64,000 bases of DNA from Octopus vulgaris (GCA_951406725.2 OX597815.1:186062001-186126000), one strand, 5' to 3'; shown: positions 10,491 through 24,517, numbered from the stretch's first letter. The notes: generated by a model from the letters alone, not told the origin. A program made the numbers and translations.

Positions 10491-11196
10491 TAGTTTTATT
10501 TTTATAACGTGCTTTCACTTCACTACCGAGCACAGCTCTGTGTGCCTTGGGTACGTGCTGTGATTTGTTGTGATGCTCTGATGGTTATTGTATGGAAAGT
10601 GTTCTGCGTAGAATGTGTGCAGTGCCTAGTAGTGCAATTTTCTGTATGTTATATGTGTTTGTAAGTCCTGGTGTTTTTGTTATGTATTTGTCTGAATATT
10701 TTTTTATCATGCCTAATGCACCTACTATGATAGGAATTGTTTCTGTTTTCAGATTCCGCATTCTAGTTACCTCTATTTCCAGGTCTTTGTATTTTGAGAG
10801 TTTCTCCATTTCTTTTAGAGACACGTTGTCATCAGCCGGTATTGATACATCAATTAGAAAGCATTTTTTTTCTTCATGATCTCTGACAACTATATCTGGT
10901 CTGTTGGCCTTAATTTCTCTATCTGTGTGTATCGGCATATCCCAGAGTATGGTTGCTTTCTCGTTTTCTGTGACCTTTTCTGGTGTGTGCCTATACCATC
11001 TTTTTTCTGTTGTTATTCCATAATGTTGGCATAGCTTCCAATGTATGTAGGTTCCAACTCTGTCATGTCTGTGAATATATTCCTTCTTAGCCAAGACTGG
11101 GCAGCTAGAGATAATATGATTTATTGTTTCTTGTCCATCTCCACATATTCTGCAGTTACTTGTAATATTTCTTTTCATTACATGTTTTTGGTAATT
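10488..11196 (-). mobile_element. R4/Dong-type element, 5'-truncated (zinc knuckle, PD-(D/E)xK endonuclease, 3' UTR), in (AAT)n
   Basis: CRICGDGQETINHIISSC, RHD, RPDIVV, IDVSIP, KLSKY; nearly identical to 44577-45280; (TTA)n on both sides. Confidence 0.9.
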
Positions 11197-11440
<244 letters not shown>

Positions 11441-11596
11441 TTTGCCTTTCATCCTTTTGGGGTCGATAAATGAAGTACTAGCTACTGGAGTCGATATAAT
11501 CAACTTGTCCACGCCCCGAAAAATGGCTGATTTGTGGCAAAATTTGAAACCATTATTATTAGTAGTAGTTGTAGTAGTAGTAGCAGCAGCAGCTGC

Positions 11597-11647
<51 letters not shown>

Positions 11648-12147
11648 TGCAAGCTTTCACTGCAATATTGAGCACAGCTCTTTGAGCCTTGAGCATGTGC
11701 AGTGTTCTGCTTTAGATTCAATTTGTTTTCGCTTCTTTTCTATCGAAGATACACTACGGAATATGGGTTCAGTGGAAAGGTGGTATGTTATTTTATGCAT
11801 TTTGTGTATACACGCATGTCCTGAGGTTTATTATGTATGTTTCATTAATTTTTTTCTTTTTTTAGCATACATACGCCCACTGTTGAGCGGTTGCTTCTCT
11901 CTTCAATCTCCGCAGTTCAGATGTCGCTATTTCTAGATATTTTTTGTTTGGATGGTTTTGTTTTGATATATTTGAAAGATGAAATATCATCTCTTGGCAC
12001 TGGCACTAAGATGACGTTACATTTCTTTAGTTGTCCTTGGCAACTATATTTGATTGATGAACTTCGAACTCCCTGCTTGTATGAATTGGCATATACTTAC
12101 GTTTGTTCGCTGTTTCCTTCTATGAGATCTTTTCAGATGTATGCCTA

Positions 12148-12552
12148 TACTCTTTACTTGTCTCAGTCATTTGACTGCGGCTATGCTGGAGCACCACCTT
12201 TAGTCGAGCAAATCGACCCCGGGACTTATTCTTTGTAAGCCTAGTACTTATTCTATCGGTCTCTTTTTGCCGAACCGCTAAGTGACGGGGACGTAAACAC
12301 ACCAGCATCGGTTGTCAAGCGATGGTGGGGGGACAAACACAGACACACAAACATATACACACACATACGTATATATATACACATATATACGACGGGCTTC
12401 TTTCAGTTTCCGTCTACCAAATCCACTCACAAGGCATTGGTCGGCCCGAGGCTATAGCAGGAGACACTTGCCCAAGATGCCACGCAGTGGGACTGAACCC
12501 GAAACCATGTGGTTGGTAAGCAAGCTACTTACCACACAGCCACTCTTGCGCC
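12148..12552 (-). mobile_element. SINE family A, full length
   Basis: Head, CORE-like segment, internal (TA)/(CA) tract and tail all present. Confidence 0.9.
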
Positions 12553-12601
12553 TATACCGCTTCTTTAAAGACGGTACTTCACAATGCTAGAATAATCTCC
12601 A

Positions 12602-13017
12602 GTCGTAGGAGTGGCTGTGTGGTAAGTATCTTGCTTACGAACCACATGGTTCCCGGTTCAGTCCCACTGCGTGGCACCTTGGGCAAGTGTCTTTTATTAT
12701 AGCCTCGGGCAGACCAAAGCCTTGAGTGGATTTGGTAGACGGAAACTGAAAGAAGCCCGTCGTATATATGTATATGTGTGTGTATGTGTGTGTGTATACG
12801 TTTGTGTGTCTGTGTTTGTCACCCCAACATCGCTTGACAACTGATCCTGGTGTGTTTATGTCTCCGTAACTTAGCGGTTCAGCAAAAGAGACCGATAGAA
12901 TAAGTACTAGGCTTACAAACAATAAGTCCTGTGATCGATTTGCTCGACTAAAGGCGGTGCTCCAGCATGGCCACAATCAAATGACTGAAACAAGGAAAAG
13001 AGTAAAAGAGTAAAAGA
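12602..13017 (+). mobile_element. SINE family A, full length
   Basis: Same consensus; ends in (gtaaaaga)n. Confidence 0.9.
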
Positions 13018-13204
13018 ATATGTAAGTGCTAACTCCCGTAATATCTGTGGACAGAGTGTGCTGGTTTTATTAAGACTGGTCACCTAGAGATGAGGTGGTT
13101 GCTTCGTTCCTATCGATACACTGTCTGCTGTTACTCACTGCACTATGTTACTTAATAAGCTGTTGATAGTTAATAAATGTCCAATTGCATTTCGTTCGAC
13201 TTTA

Positions 13205-13582
13205 CATTCTCAGTTCAAATGCCACCGAGGTCGCCTTTTCTTTTTCACACCTCTTGGGGGTCAATAAAGGCAAAATACCAGTCATATACAAGGGTCAATT
13301 TCAATCAATGCCCCCCATCCCTTTTTCTTTCTCTACTCCAAAGTTGCCGGCCTTGTGCCAAAATTAGAAATATTACTATTTGTTATTATTATTATTATAA
13401 CTATTACTACTACCATACTATTAGTGTTGTGTTAAATATGGCTCCCTTTGAAAGGAGTGCACTCCTTTCAAAGGGAGCCTTTCTGGGTCGATAAAATAAG
13501 TACCAGTTGAACACTGGGGTCGATGTAATCGACTTACCCCCTCCCCGAATTTACTGGGCGTGTGCCAAAATTTGAAACCAAT
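13205..13582 (+). mobile_element. Two decayed SINE family B fragments
   Basis: tcagttcaaatgccaccgaggtcg...; gggtcgataaaataagtaccagttgaacactggggtcgatgtaatcgac. Confidence 0.7.
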
Positions 13583-14064
13583 ATACCGCTGATAGTTTCC
13601 GTGATATTACCTTGTCGCAATTTCAAGCCCTGCATTCCTCATCAAATGCGGCGAATTTTCCTCAGCTACCACCACCCTATTTAGATATATGCAAGAAAAG
13701 ATGATTTTTATAATTTAGAATGACGTCATATCATATCTATTTCAGCTAAGAATTTAACCTTCTTTCAATTTCTGCTGTCTCTTCATTTCTTCTTTACAAC
13801 ATTTTGTCGTTTCAGCTTTCGTTTTGTATTTGAAGATAGAAAGCAGTTTTTTCTTTTGTTCATATTTTCTAGCTCTTTCCATTCACTTTCTATAACTTAT
13901 TATCTGGTAGTTTTCTAATCCTCCATTCATTACTTAATAATAATTTTCTACTAGAGAAAATAATAGATATCTTCATTCTATATTAGATTTCGCCTGCTGT
14001 ATTACAAATGCTGACATTCTTTCTTGTTTTCCTTCGCACATCTTTCTTGGTTATGATTATGATT

Positions 14065-14065
14065 A

Positions 14066-14140
<75 letters not shown>

Positions 14141-14214
14141 CATCATTATTATTATCATTATCATTATTATTATTATTATCATGATTATTGTCATCATCAT
14201 CATCATCATCATCA

Positions 14215-14252
<38 letters not shown>

Positions 14253-14258
14253 TTCATG

Positions 14259-14329
<71 letters not shown>

Positions 14330-14385
14330 CATTATTATTATTATCATGATTATTGTCATCATCATCATCATCATTATTATCATCA

Positions 14386-14450
<65 letters not shown>
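14065..14450. repeat. (TTA)n/(TCA)n compound microsatellite
   Basis: Visible directly in the sequence. Confidence 0.95.
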
Positions 14451-14453
<3 letters not shown>

Positions 14454-14618
14454 TAGTTTTATTTTTATAGCGTGCTTTCACCTCACTACCGAGCACAGCT
14501 CTGTGTTCCTTGGGTATGTGCTGTGATTTGTTGTGATGCTCTGATGGTTATTGTATGGAAAGTGTTCTGCGTAGGATGTGTGCAGTGCCTAGTAGTGCAA
14601 TTTTCTGTATGTTATATG

Positions 14619-14620
<2 letters not shown>
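14451..14620 (-). mobile_element. R4/Dong-type element, 3' terminal ~170 bp, in (AAT)n
   Basis: Same 3' end (cagtagttttatttttatagcgtgctttcac) as 10488 and 45280. Confidence 0.9.
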
Positions 14621-14654
<34 letters not shown>

Positions 14655-14856
14655 TGTTATTATTTTCATTAGCATCTTCTTACACTTCTGTTTCCATTTC
14701 TTGCCGAGCCTCTTCCTAACACCTAGCGCAGAGAAATGTACTGTATACATTGGTAAGCCATTAAAATAAATATACCAGATTGCTCATTTACAAAATCATG
14801 TGAGAGAGAGAAAGCGGAAACGGAGGAAGAGGAAAATATAAATATATAAATATATA

Positions 14857-15272
14857 GGTGCAGGAGTGGCTGTGTGGTAAGTAGCTTGCTAACCAACCAC
14901 ATGGTTCCGGGTTCAGTCCCACTGCGTGGCATCTTAGACAAATGTCTTCTGCTATAGCACCGGGTCGACGAACACCTTGTGAGTGGATTTGGTAGACAGA
15001 AACTGAATGAAGCCTGTCGTATATATGTATATATATATATATATGTGTATGTGTGTGTGTTTGTGTGTGGGGGTTTGTCCCTAGCATTGCTTGACAACTG
15101 ATGCTGGTGTGTTTACGTCCCCGTTACTTAGCGGTTCGGCAAAAGTGACCGATAGAATAAGTACTGGGCTTACAAAGAATAAGTCCCGGTGTCGATTTGC
15201 TCGACTAAAGGCGGTGCTCCAGCATGGCCGCAGTCAAATGACTGAAACAAGTAAAAAGAGTAAAAAAAAAAG
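14857..15272 (+). mobile_element. SINE family A, full length
   Basis: Matches consensus. Confidence 0.9.
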
Positions 15273-15843
15273 AGTATATAAACGTAAACAAATAAAATAA
15301 GGGGGGAAAAAGAAAAGAAAATTCACAGCGACAATGCTCTTCTCAATACGTCTGAACCATCAATACGTGGCTTACCATCCAGGCACTTCCTGCATGGATG
15401 ATAAGCCAGAGATCATTCTTAAATAATTTTCAGCTCCTTAGATCCTTTTTTTTCAGTTCCATTGTTCCTCAATTTGTTTCTGCCCGTTCTATTTTGCAGT
15501 CTGCTTGATCCGTTTTGCTTATTTTGTTGCAGTGGTTAATGCCATGTTCCCTGGCGAATTTGCAAGCTTCCTTATCATCATCATCATCATTATTATTATT
15601 ATTATTATTTTTATTTTTATTATTATTATTATTGAGTGAGAGAGCAGTTCATGCCATCAAAGTGACACTGGGGTAAAATATACGAAGCCCAATATACCCA
15701 TCATGACTACCCGTCTGATAAAGGTACACCAGGCACATGCATCACAACCATATGTGCGCGACATGGTGATCTCATATCAAGATAAACAGCACATGACCTT
15801 GCAGGTGGGGCCCAGTTAGAATTTTCTTCAGGTTGAGTAGCCC

Positions 15844-15905
<62 letters not shown>

Positions 15906-16218
15906 CAGTAGCTTTATTTTTATAGCGTGCTTTCACTTCACTACCGAGCGCAGCTCTGTGTGCCTTGGGCATGTGCTGTGATTTGTTGTGATGCTCTGAT
16001 GGTTACTGTATTGAAAGTGTTTTGCGTAGGATGTGTGGAGTGCCCAGTAGTGCAATTTTCTGTATGTTATACGTGTTTGTAAGTCCTGGTGTTTTTGTTA
16101 TGTATTTGTCTGAATATTTTTTTATCATACCTAATGCGCCTACTATGATAGGAATTGTTTCTGTTTTTAGATTCCACGTTCGGGTTACCTCTATTTCCAG
16201 GTCTTTGTATTTTGAAAG
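15906..16218 (-). mobile_element. R4/Dong-type element, 3' terminal ~310 bp, in (AAT)n
   Basis: Matches the reverse complement of 44970-45280. Confidence 0.88.
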
Positions 16219-16225
16219 TTTATTA

Positions 16226-16256
<31 letters not shown>

Positions 16257-16349
16257 CATTATTATTATTATTATTATTATTATTGTTGTTGTTGTTGTTG
16301 TTGTTGTCGTTGTTGTTGTTGCTGTTGTTGTTGTTGTTATTATTACTTT

Positions 16350-16930
16350 CTCTTCATCACAGGTTTTGTTGGAGCTCCTGGAGTCTTGCATGCGTAGCGG
16401 GTTTACTACATGAAGCCTACAATACCATGCTATCCGTTCCTTTCAGCTATTTAATACTTTCCTGATTATTCTGGCCATGCCCATGAGGCTAACCTTTTAT
16501 AACAATTCTACTGGGCCCTTTATTCCAATTTCCTTTATATTCCACTTGATGCCTTCTGATACTGTTACCAAGGATCCAACAATAATTGGCACCTACTTTA
16601 TTTACCATAGCCGAGCTATTTCGTAAATAAGAAGGTTGTATTTATCTATCTGTCTTTTCGCCTTCCTTCTTGACTATTTGTGGGTCAAAGGGGCATGCAA
16701 CATCAACTATATAGTATATATAGTGCACCTTGACCACCACTAATAGTTCCTGTCTGTTATGCTCTAGCACCTGATCTGTTTGGATTGGGAAATCTCAGAG
16801 GATTTTGCTAGCCTCCAACTCCGCCACTCTCTGCGGTTTATGTTTATACCGTGTCTTGCATCTCTCTAACCCCAACTTTTCGCACAGTTTTCAATGTAGC
16901 ACGTTCGCTGCCTGGTCGTATTTCATTTTT
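16350..16930 (-). pseudogene. Older RLE-type (R4-like) endonuclease relic
   Basis: Minus-strand translation YKHKPQRVAE..KIL*DFPIQTD..HNRQELLVV..VDVACPFD..VPIIVGSL parallels the Dong C-terminus. Confidence 0.7.
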
Positions 16931-17049
16931 CTGTTCTCTCTGGACACGTTCTCTGTTGTGGAATTATCTTTTCTATCTTCTGCTTTACTTTTTATCTTTT
17001 CTATTTCCATGTCTGTTAAGCAACCATTTGTTTAACCTTCTACTTTCCT

Positions 17050-17176
17050 TTTCATTATCATTATCATCATCATCGTCATCGTCATCGTCGTCATTATCAT
17101 CATCAAAATCGTCATCATTATCATTATCGTCATCGTCATCATTACCATCATCAACATCGTCATCATTATCATCATC

Positions 17177-17258
<82 letters not shown>
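17050..17258. repeat. (CAT)n microsatellite
   Basis: Visible directly in the sequence. Confidence 0.95.
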
Positions 17259-17259
<1 letters not shown>

Positions 17260-17699
17260 TTTTGTTGTTTTTCTTTTGCTCTCGTTTACACAAGTTGCAC
17301 GCAAGCCTCAGCTAGAGACGTCAAGAGACAATGTTTTGCATGAAAAGATGCAAGCAAGTGAGATGCCAAGCAACTGGAAAACACTGTTTCCTGAGTGTAA
17401 AAAAAAATCTCTTATAACATTATAAACTGAATGGATATGAATGTATTTGATTATAGAATACTTAACGTGAAATATGTGAGCTAATCATAAGTATGCTCGC
17501 TTGCAATTCACTTATTCTAGGTCTGCCAGTTATTTGGTCTACGTATATGTTTCTTCCGTTTCATATCATTGCAAGTGCCACAATAACAATGTTATGTTGT
17601 TAAGATGCTACATTCCTTTGATTTCTAACAATATTTGATTAATTTCCAAACGCTTTCAGTGATATGATTTAGTCAGCAGGTCAGGTAACGCCCATCAAT

Positions 17700-18250
17700 A
17701 AGTATTTTCAACACAATTTTTCCCACTGCTTTTAGGTTAGTTAACTTGGATTTCCTGACAAGTCTGTGCATTGAAAGCGGAAAGGATGGTAAATTCAGCA
17801 CTCTAGATTAGCTTTAATATCCAGTCGTTTACTTGTTGTAGTCAGGTAGAAAATCTTATGGTTGTAAATGAGAGTTGAGGTTGCTATAACCCCCGACTGT
17901 CTTCTATTCTTCGAACTTATATTCAATTTGTATCCGCTTTTGGGACAGGATGTTTTGTCACCAACTTTAGGATTTTGTCATCAACGCCGCTGATCCCAGA
18001 GAAGGAACAAGTATTAATAATAACGTTGAAGCTATATGCGATTACATATATGGATAACGTGTTTAAGGTCTCAATTTTGTTTCTGGAATTCGTCTTAGTT
18101 TTCAGACAAGCTCTTACTCTGCGATAGCATTCCTGTCTTTTATTTTTTCCCATTTGAGAGAGTTTAATTCCTTCTTCGTGCACACTTAAATATTCATAAC
18201 ATTGCTGTGTCTCTAATTTCTTGATTCGATATCTGTCTAACAACACCTTT
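17700..18250 (-). pseudogene. Decayed R4/Dong-like RT thumb-region fragment
   Basis: YEYLSVHE...ECYRRVRACLKTKTNSRNKIETLNTL resembles YKYLGIHE...EYYRRVRSILNTELNAKNKIIGINTL. Confidence 0.7.
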
Positions 18251-19811
18251 TAGGATCGCTAAATTAAATACTTGTCATGCACCGGAATCTATGTAATCGA
18301 CTAGTTCCTTCTTCCAAACTTTCAGAATTTGTACCTACATTATAAACAATTGTTGTTGCTGGTGTTTTAGTGGAGTAACTGAACATAAAAATTGCCACAT
18401 CATATGTTAGTACAAATAAGTCGCGTCCCCCTTGGATTCAATATTCACACAGTTCGCTCTTGTTTTTAATAACGCAGCGATCATTTAAATTAAAAAATGA
18501 GTTAATTCATCATTGAGTACAACCCGCTAAGAAACAAATTTGCGACCTAATAAGTAAAATCTTACTATTATTTATCAAATCAGGACTGTCAGTTTTTCAT
18601 CAATACTAGTTATAAAATACTAGTCATAAAATACTAGGTATAAAATAAGAGGAACAGTTATAATAATGGTACGAAGGACATTAGAGGAAAAGAGAAAATA
18701 TCAAAGAAAAAAGATTTTGACAAACCTCTAATTACAAAACTATCAAAAAGCCAAGCAAAGTAATTGTCAACCTAGATACACTGAAGAGAGACTGATCGTT
18801 GGTAAAGTTCGTAATGGATTTGATGGCGCCTACAAACACGCTAGGCCAATGAAGAAATGACCACTAGCCTAACTAGAATAAAGAGGATTAATTACCTTCT
18901 TATTTATGGAGATGTGAAAACTTGACAGTGAACACGTAATATTGAAATAGAACCAGTCATTAATATCATGGAAATATCTAGTGTATACGTGTCAGCTGCT
19001 TTTCTACCAAGAGAATAATGAAATATAAGTGTGAATTATTACTGCATCTTTGTTCGATGCTGCGTGATGCTAGCCTTTCTATGCTGCTTATTTCTTTGTT
19101 GGTATCTTGTGGGTGTTTCCTGATTCTGCTTATTTCTCTTCTTCAAATTACGTGCTGGAGACATTTATTTTACTTCTTGTCAAAGATCTGTTTAACGTGT
19201 CACAGACAATTTTTTTCGGGCAATTGATCCCATCAATCTCACAAAATACTGTAATCCGTACGAATAAAATAGTACCACCTCAATATCAATCATTGAATTA
19301 AAGAGCTTCTTCATCCGTTTGATACCATAGTGTTGTTTAGACTAAAATATTTCGATATATACTCAGTTACGTGATTTTGCTACTACATTCTGTATATTCA
19401 CGGTGATATTGTCATGTCTAATAATATTTGATAGAGGAAAAAGATTATATTTATTGTAAATTATTTATTTCAATGTACTAAAGATTCTGTGAAAAATATC
19501 TAATATCTTTCTAAATATATATATATATAAATTTAGAATTATTTGATGTAAAAATCACTAAGCAACGAAAAAGCAACCATGGCGGTTGACTTTTAATTAC
19601 AGTTTTAAATTTGCCAAGTGATTCATGTAGAAATGCAGCGTAAACTAATAAAATATACCTAAAATAATCACATTTATTTGCCGTTACACGAAAAGTATTT
19701 TTAGCCTGAATAGCTAAAAGTATGTCTAATTAACTAAGAGTACTAATATAACGCCATTAATTACATAGTTAAGAGGAAATGCAGCATTTTTTGGCTAACT
19801 AGAACATTATA

Positions 19812-20101
19812 TTTCGTTTTTGGATTTGGTTTGCAAGATATTTTATGTGAGTTCGTGTGTTGTAGCATATTCTGTTATGTCTGAGGAGAGTCATTTTCTT
19901 TTTGTGCCTTATAATATAACACACTCACCGGTAAAATTTTCACTTTTTTATTTTTATTTTCCTAAAATTTTCCTTGCTTCTTGCAACCTTTTCAATAATT
20001 TTGAAGGAAAATAAAAATAAGAAAAAAGTGTAAATTTTACCGGTGATTGTGTTACATTATAAGGCACAAAAAGAAAATGATTCTCTTCAGACACAATAGA
20101 A
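19812..20101. mobile_element. Fold-back element family E, copy 1
   Basis: 19860-19965 is reverse-complementary to 19995-20101; family recurs at 30441 and 39220. Confidence 0.8.
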
Positions 20102-20873
20102 CATTATAATTATTTTTCACTAATTTAGTTAGAAGGAATGTGAACTAATGTAACCGATGCACGTCTAAATCCTTTGTCCAGTGTCCGTACTTGTTACCTA
20201 GCATGATGTCAAATAAATAAAAATCCAGTTTTGTGATATAGAAAAATTACTTAGCTATCAAACTGTTAATCATAAATGCCTGATTCTCACGGCGTTCTGT
20301 TTATATAATGTAATCATTATGTTACTAATTCTATGGAAACTCGTTTGTTAGATGGCGATATTAACTGAAGCAGAAGTTGAAAAAAAAAACAGAAACATAA
20401 TTAGATGTTTTTAGACAATATTCATCGCTTTACCGAAATTAAACCCCATGAATAAAGTTCCTAACTGAAGACAGCAGAGCATCCTATAGGCTGTTCTATC
20501 AGAATCTAGAAGTTTAAACATTAAACCACGTTTACACTTGTATGCTTTAACCAAGCGGAAAGCTAAATGTTTATTTTCACTAATATGATATTTATGATTC
20601 TGAATTCTTTCATTATATGTAGTTTCGTGTACTATTATTCGATTTCTAATCTGTATCTCATACTTTTGAATACTTGCTCATGTTTAAGCTATACTATGTG
20701 GATACTTAAGCTAAATATTAATATCAAATCCATTCAGCCATTACCACTTTTCAAACGGATTAAAATATCAAAGACATTTAGATTCAGAGAATATTTTCAA
20801 CGTATCTAAAAAATTTATGTTAAGTAATTATAGATTGCTTGAAATGTAAATGTGGAAAAAAAGCACCGTTTGT

Positions 20874-21800
20874 AACACAGGCCAACAAAAATTGTTTCTT
20901 TTCTCTGCTGCCACAAGGTTTGGAGTTTAACAAGGCATTTTTTGACACAGAATCTGAAAATTACATATGTTTATTACCATCTTGTCAAAATTTTAACACA
21001 TTGGATCCAGAGATTTCATTGTTTTTTCAATAACACAGCCCATGAGGAACAAGGCATAACATACACTCATACATAGAAATTTGTTTGTACGCAAGAGCAG
21101 AAGGTTTCTTAAAATTCTATTGAAAAACAAATAGTAAAAGATCTAAAAATTTCTTCAGGAAACTTACATCATTGTTTAAACCTAATTTCCCATGAATTTG
21201 CGTTTGGATGATTCTCTTGAGTGTTGAACCTGGAAAAGCTCACAAGTCATGTTCCAACAATAGTCCGCTGTCATATGCAAGTCCCTTAATGTTCTGCTAG
21301 AAACGTTTTCACTGCTCATTACTTGAATCACTAAAATTTTCAAGAAATTTATCAACGTGACTCTGGCGATAGTGCTGCTTTGTGCTCATATTTGCTCCCA
21401 ACCATTGAAAGTTCCCCACCATGTTATCAACTATTTTTTCATGGTTTCCTTTTCGTTCCCAGAAGTTATTTACAACTACTATAAATGAATTTTCTGTTGT
21501 TTCTTCAATGAAATTCATTCAATCTAGAAAGTTTCCATTTTTCATAAAGTTTTTGATATGAAGTCCATCAATGCTTGTATCTTTCCACTGCTTAGACCGG
21601 CAAATTTGCAACTCATACAGTGAAAGTATGGTTCAACTTTATTTAGAGCTTCAACAAATTGTTTCATAATGTGATGTTTAATATGGAGTGAAGGTCGGAT
21701 GATTTTTTCTCAGTTGAATTAAAGGCTCTTCAACCATATTAAAAGAATCCAGAAATAATGTTGGCTGCGCCGAATCTTTGACCACATGCTGTTTTCCCTA
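20874..21800 (-). pseudogene. Chapaev3-like (CMC superfamily) DNA transposase relic
   Basis: Minus-strand KIIRPSLHIKHHIMKQFVEAL...VVNNF...NFQWLGANMSTKQHYRQSHVDKFLENFSDSSNEQ resembles the LPPLHIKLGLMKQFVKAL...NMSxKxHFLHSHLDxFPENLGxxSDEQGERFHQ signature; family assignment from memory. Confidence 0.65.
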
Positions 21801-23269
21801 GTTTTCTTTCCCCACATACATAAGGGAAGCCTGGATATTTGGTTAATCAACTTGTCCACCGAGATCGACTTTGCCTGTCATCCTTTCGGGGTCGATAAAA
21901 TAGTACCAGTTAAATACTGGTGTCTATTTAATCGACTCTTTTCCTCCCCTGCAATTGCTGGCCTTATGCAAAATTTGAAACCATTATTATAAATTAAATT
22001 TTTGTAGATAATATTCAAAGCTTTACCAAATGTGGACTGCATTGGAAGAAATTCATAACAGGAAACAATAAAGTATCCAATTAGTGGCTGTGCCGTTAGC
22101 TCATAGATTAAACCAAATTTGAAATTCTTCAGAACTTACAAATGAAAGTCATTGTTGATTACTAACGTGGTTTGTGAAGGAAGAAAGGAAATACATGTGA
22201 AAGGAGCGGCAGTGAAAGAATAGTAATTTGTGAAAGGGATGGAGAATATTTGATAATATTATCTTTTGAATATATATTATAAAATGTACGACACAGCAAA
22301 ACTCACTTTAAGAAAACGGTCGAATTTATATTTGAAAATAAGTTCGTCAAAATTGAATTTTGATAAAGGAAATTTAAACATGCGTACGCCAGCTAACAAC
22401 TCAAATTTTAAGAGGAAATTCATTTTCAAATGACTAACTTTCAAAATTTAAAAGGTGAGTAAGTTAAGATTACAGCTAACGGTTTCGCCCGATATTTGCT
22501 TTTAAAATTTGAATGTTAAAAAACTTATGTTAAATAGTTGATAAGAATTGTTTTATTTGCTGGATTTCAAAAGCAATTAGAAAGACCCCCCACCACCACT
22601 ATTGCAAACTTCCTGAAAGAGTCGAACTTGTTGCGGTGAAGCTTCGTTTAAATTGCTGCAGGTCAATCCCTGCAGAATATACATGAACAAAGAGTAGAAT
22701 TAAAAGGATCGATATTCTAAGGAGGAGAGAATAAGCATGATGGCAGATGCAAAGCCTGTTTTGTGGTTAAAGATGTAACCAAAATTTGTGCAAATATATT
22801 GTAATGTTACTAACACCCATTCTGATTTTATGCATTTGCTAAAACAGCATACACCGCCATTCATAGGAATGACTCCGTTGAGTTAAATTTAGAAAACACC
22901 GACATTATTGAATAAATGCGTGTATATCAATTCAAGGCAAATGCATCCTGGTGAAACATAGCTTTAAAAACTCGCACAATGTATGAGATAACCTGGCATA
23001 TATATTTGTGACATGAAAGGAAAATGATATTGAGTTACAGAGATTATATGTCTTGTAAATGGAAACATCTCTTTCGCGATCCGTGTGAAATTTATTCACC
23101 GACCACTGCTTTGAAAATCGATTCTTCTCTTCCGAGGCAACGAATCTACATGTGTATGGAAAATTTTTAGAGCACTACGTTAGTAAATATTTAAGTGACG
23201 GTATCGAAAATCTATGATTTTCTCTCAAAGGAAATTTAGAGATAACATGCACTTTATACATATAATGTG

Positions 23270-23630
23270 CGGAGATGCAATGGCTAGGGCAGGGACTCGC
23301 GGTCGCAGGATTGCAGTTTCGATTCCCGGACCGGGCGATGTAAGTGTTTATTGAGCGAAATCACCTAAAGTTCCACGAGGCTCAGGCAGAGGGTGGTGGC
23401 AGACCCTGCTGTACTCTTTCATGACAACTTTCTCTTACTCTTTCTTCCTGTTTCTGTTGTATCTGTCTTTCAAAGGGCCAGTCATTTGTCACGCTGAATC
23501 TCACCCGAGAACGTTAAGGACACATGTGTCTGTGGAGTGCTCAACCTTTTGCACGTTAATTTCACGAGCAAGCTGTTCCGTTGATCGGATCAACTGGAAC
23601 CCTCGTCGTCGTAACCGACGGAGTGCCACG
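23270..23630 (+). mobile_element. SINE family C (tRNA-derived)
   Basis: tRNA-like head (gtttcgattccc B box) and 3' end gtaaccgacggagtgccac; copies at 32416 and 51369. Confidence 0.85.
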
Positions 23631-24517
23631 ACATATAATGTATAAACAGAACAGTAAGAGTATGTATGTCCTATCTAATGTTCAACATAAAACACTCTTA
23701 AACACACATGTGTATGCAAATACCAACCTACACGCAAACACGCATACAAAATATGTACTTATTTCTAAATATAAATGCATCCATCCTTTCCTATACTTCA
23801 ATGCACAGACATTTATTTACAGTTAAGAGTTCAAATAAATAGTGTGAGGGCAATGAAGTGTAATTGAGGAGAATAATAAGATGCTGCAAAAATATGAAAA
23901 TTATAAGCAGATAAAATGTATAAATAATTTATATATTTTATCCAAATACATCCAGATTGGATAGTTTTATGCTGTAGAAAACTCGGTTTAAAATGATAAC
24001 AATTGCGAGTATTTTTTTTTGTAGCCACACGACCTCATTATCCACATAAAAACGACGTACATTAAATCCGTTCCGAAACAGAATTTGAAAAAAAAAAGAA
24101 GACATAATTAGATATATTCAGATAATATTCAGCGCTTTATCGAACTTAAACCTCATGAATAATATTCATAACTGAAGACAGCACAAGCAGAACATCAGAT
24201 AAGCGGTTCTATCAGAATCCAGTAGTTTAAACATTAATCCATATTTACACTTGTATGATTTTTCCAAAAAAAGGGAATTGCATGACTACATTAGGAAAGT
24301 GAATGGACATTCTGTATAAAGACGAGCAGATAGTAAAAGTTGGAAGTCAAGTTGTGGTCGGAAAGAATGGATTTAACGTGTGTCTTGTGCTGTATGCATA
24401 ATGAGTTTGTCGAGCTACAGCAAAGTGTTACCTATCGTGACGTATGCTTAAAGAGCATTCAAGGTCTTTGTAACCAATATATTTTCATTGTGGAGCTTCA
24501 GTGTATTGCTAGTTTAC

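Noticed and set aside
12120-13017. Recurrent short ORFs (e.g. RRASFSFRLPNPLTR, TTGFFQFPSTKST) suggesting a gene family
   Set aside because: Translations of SINE A copies; frames and stops are not conserved
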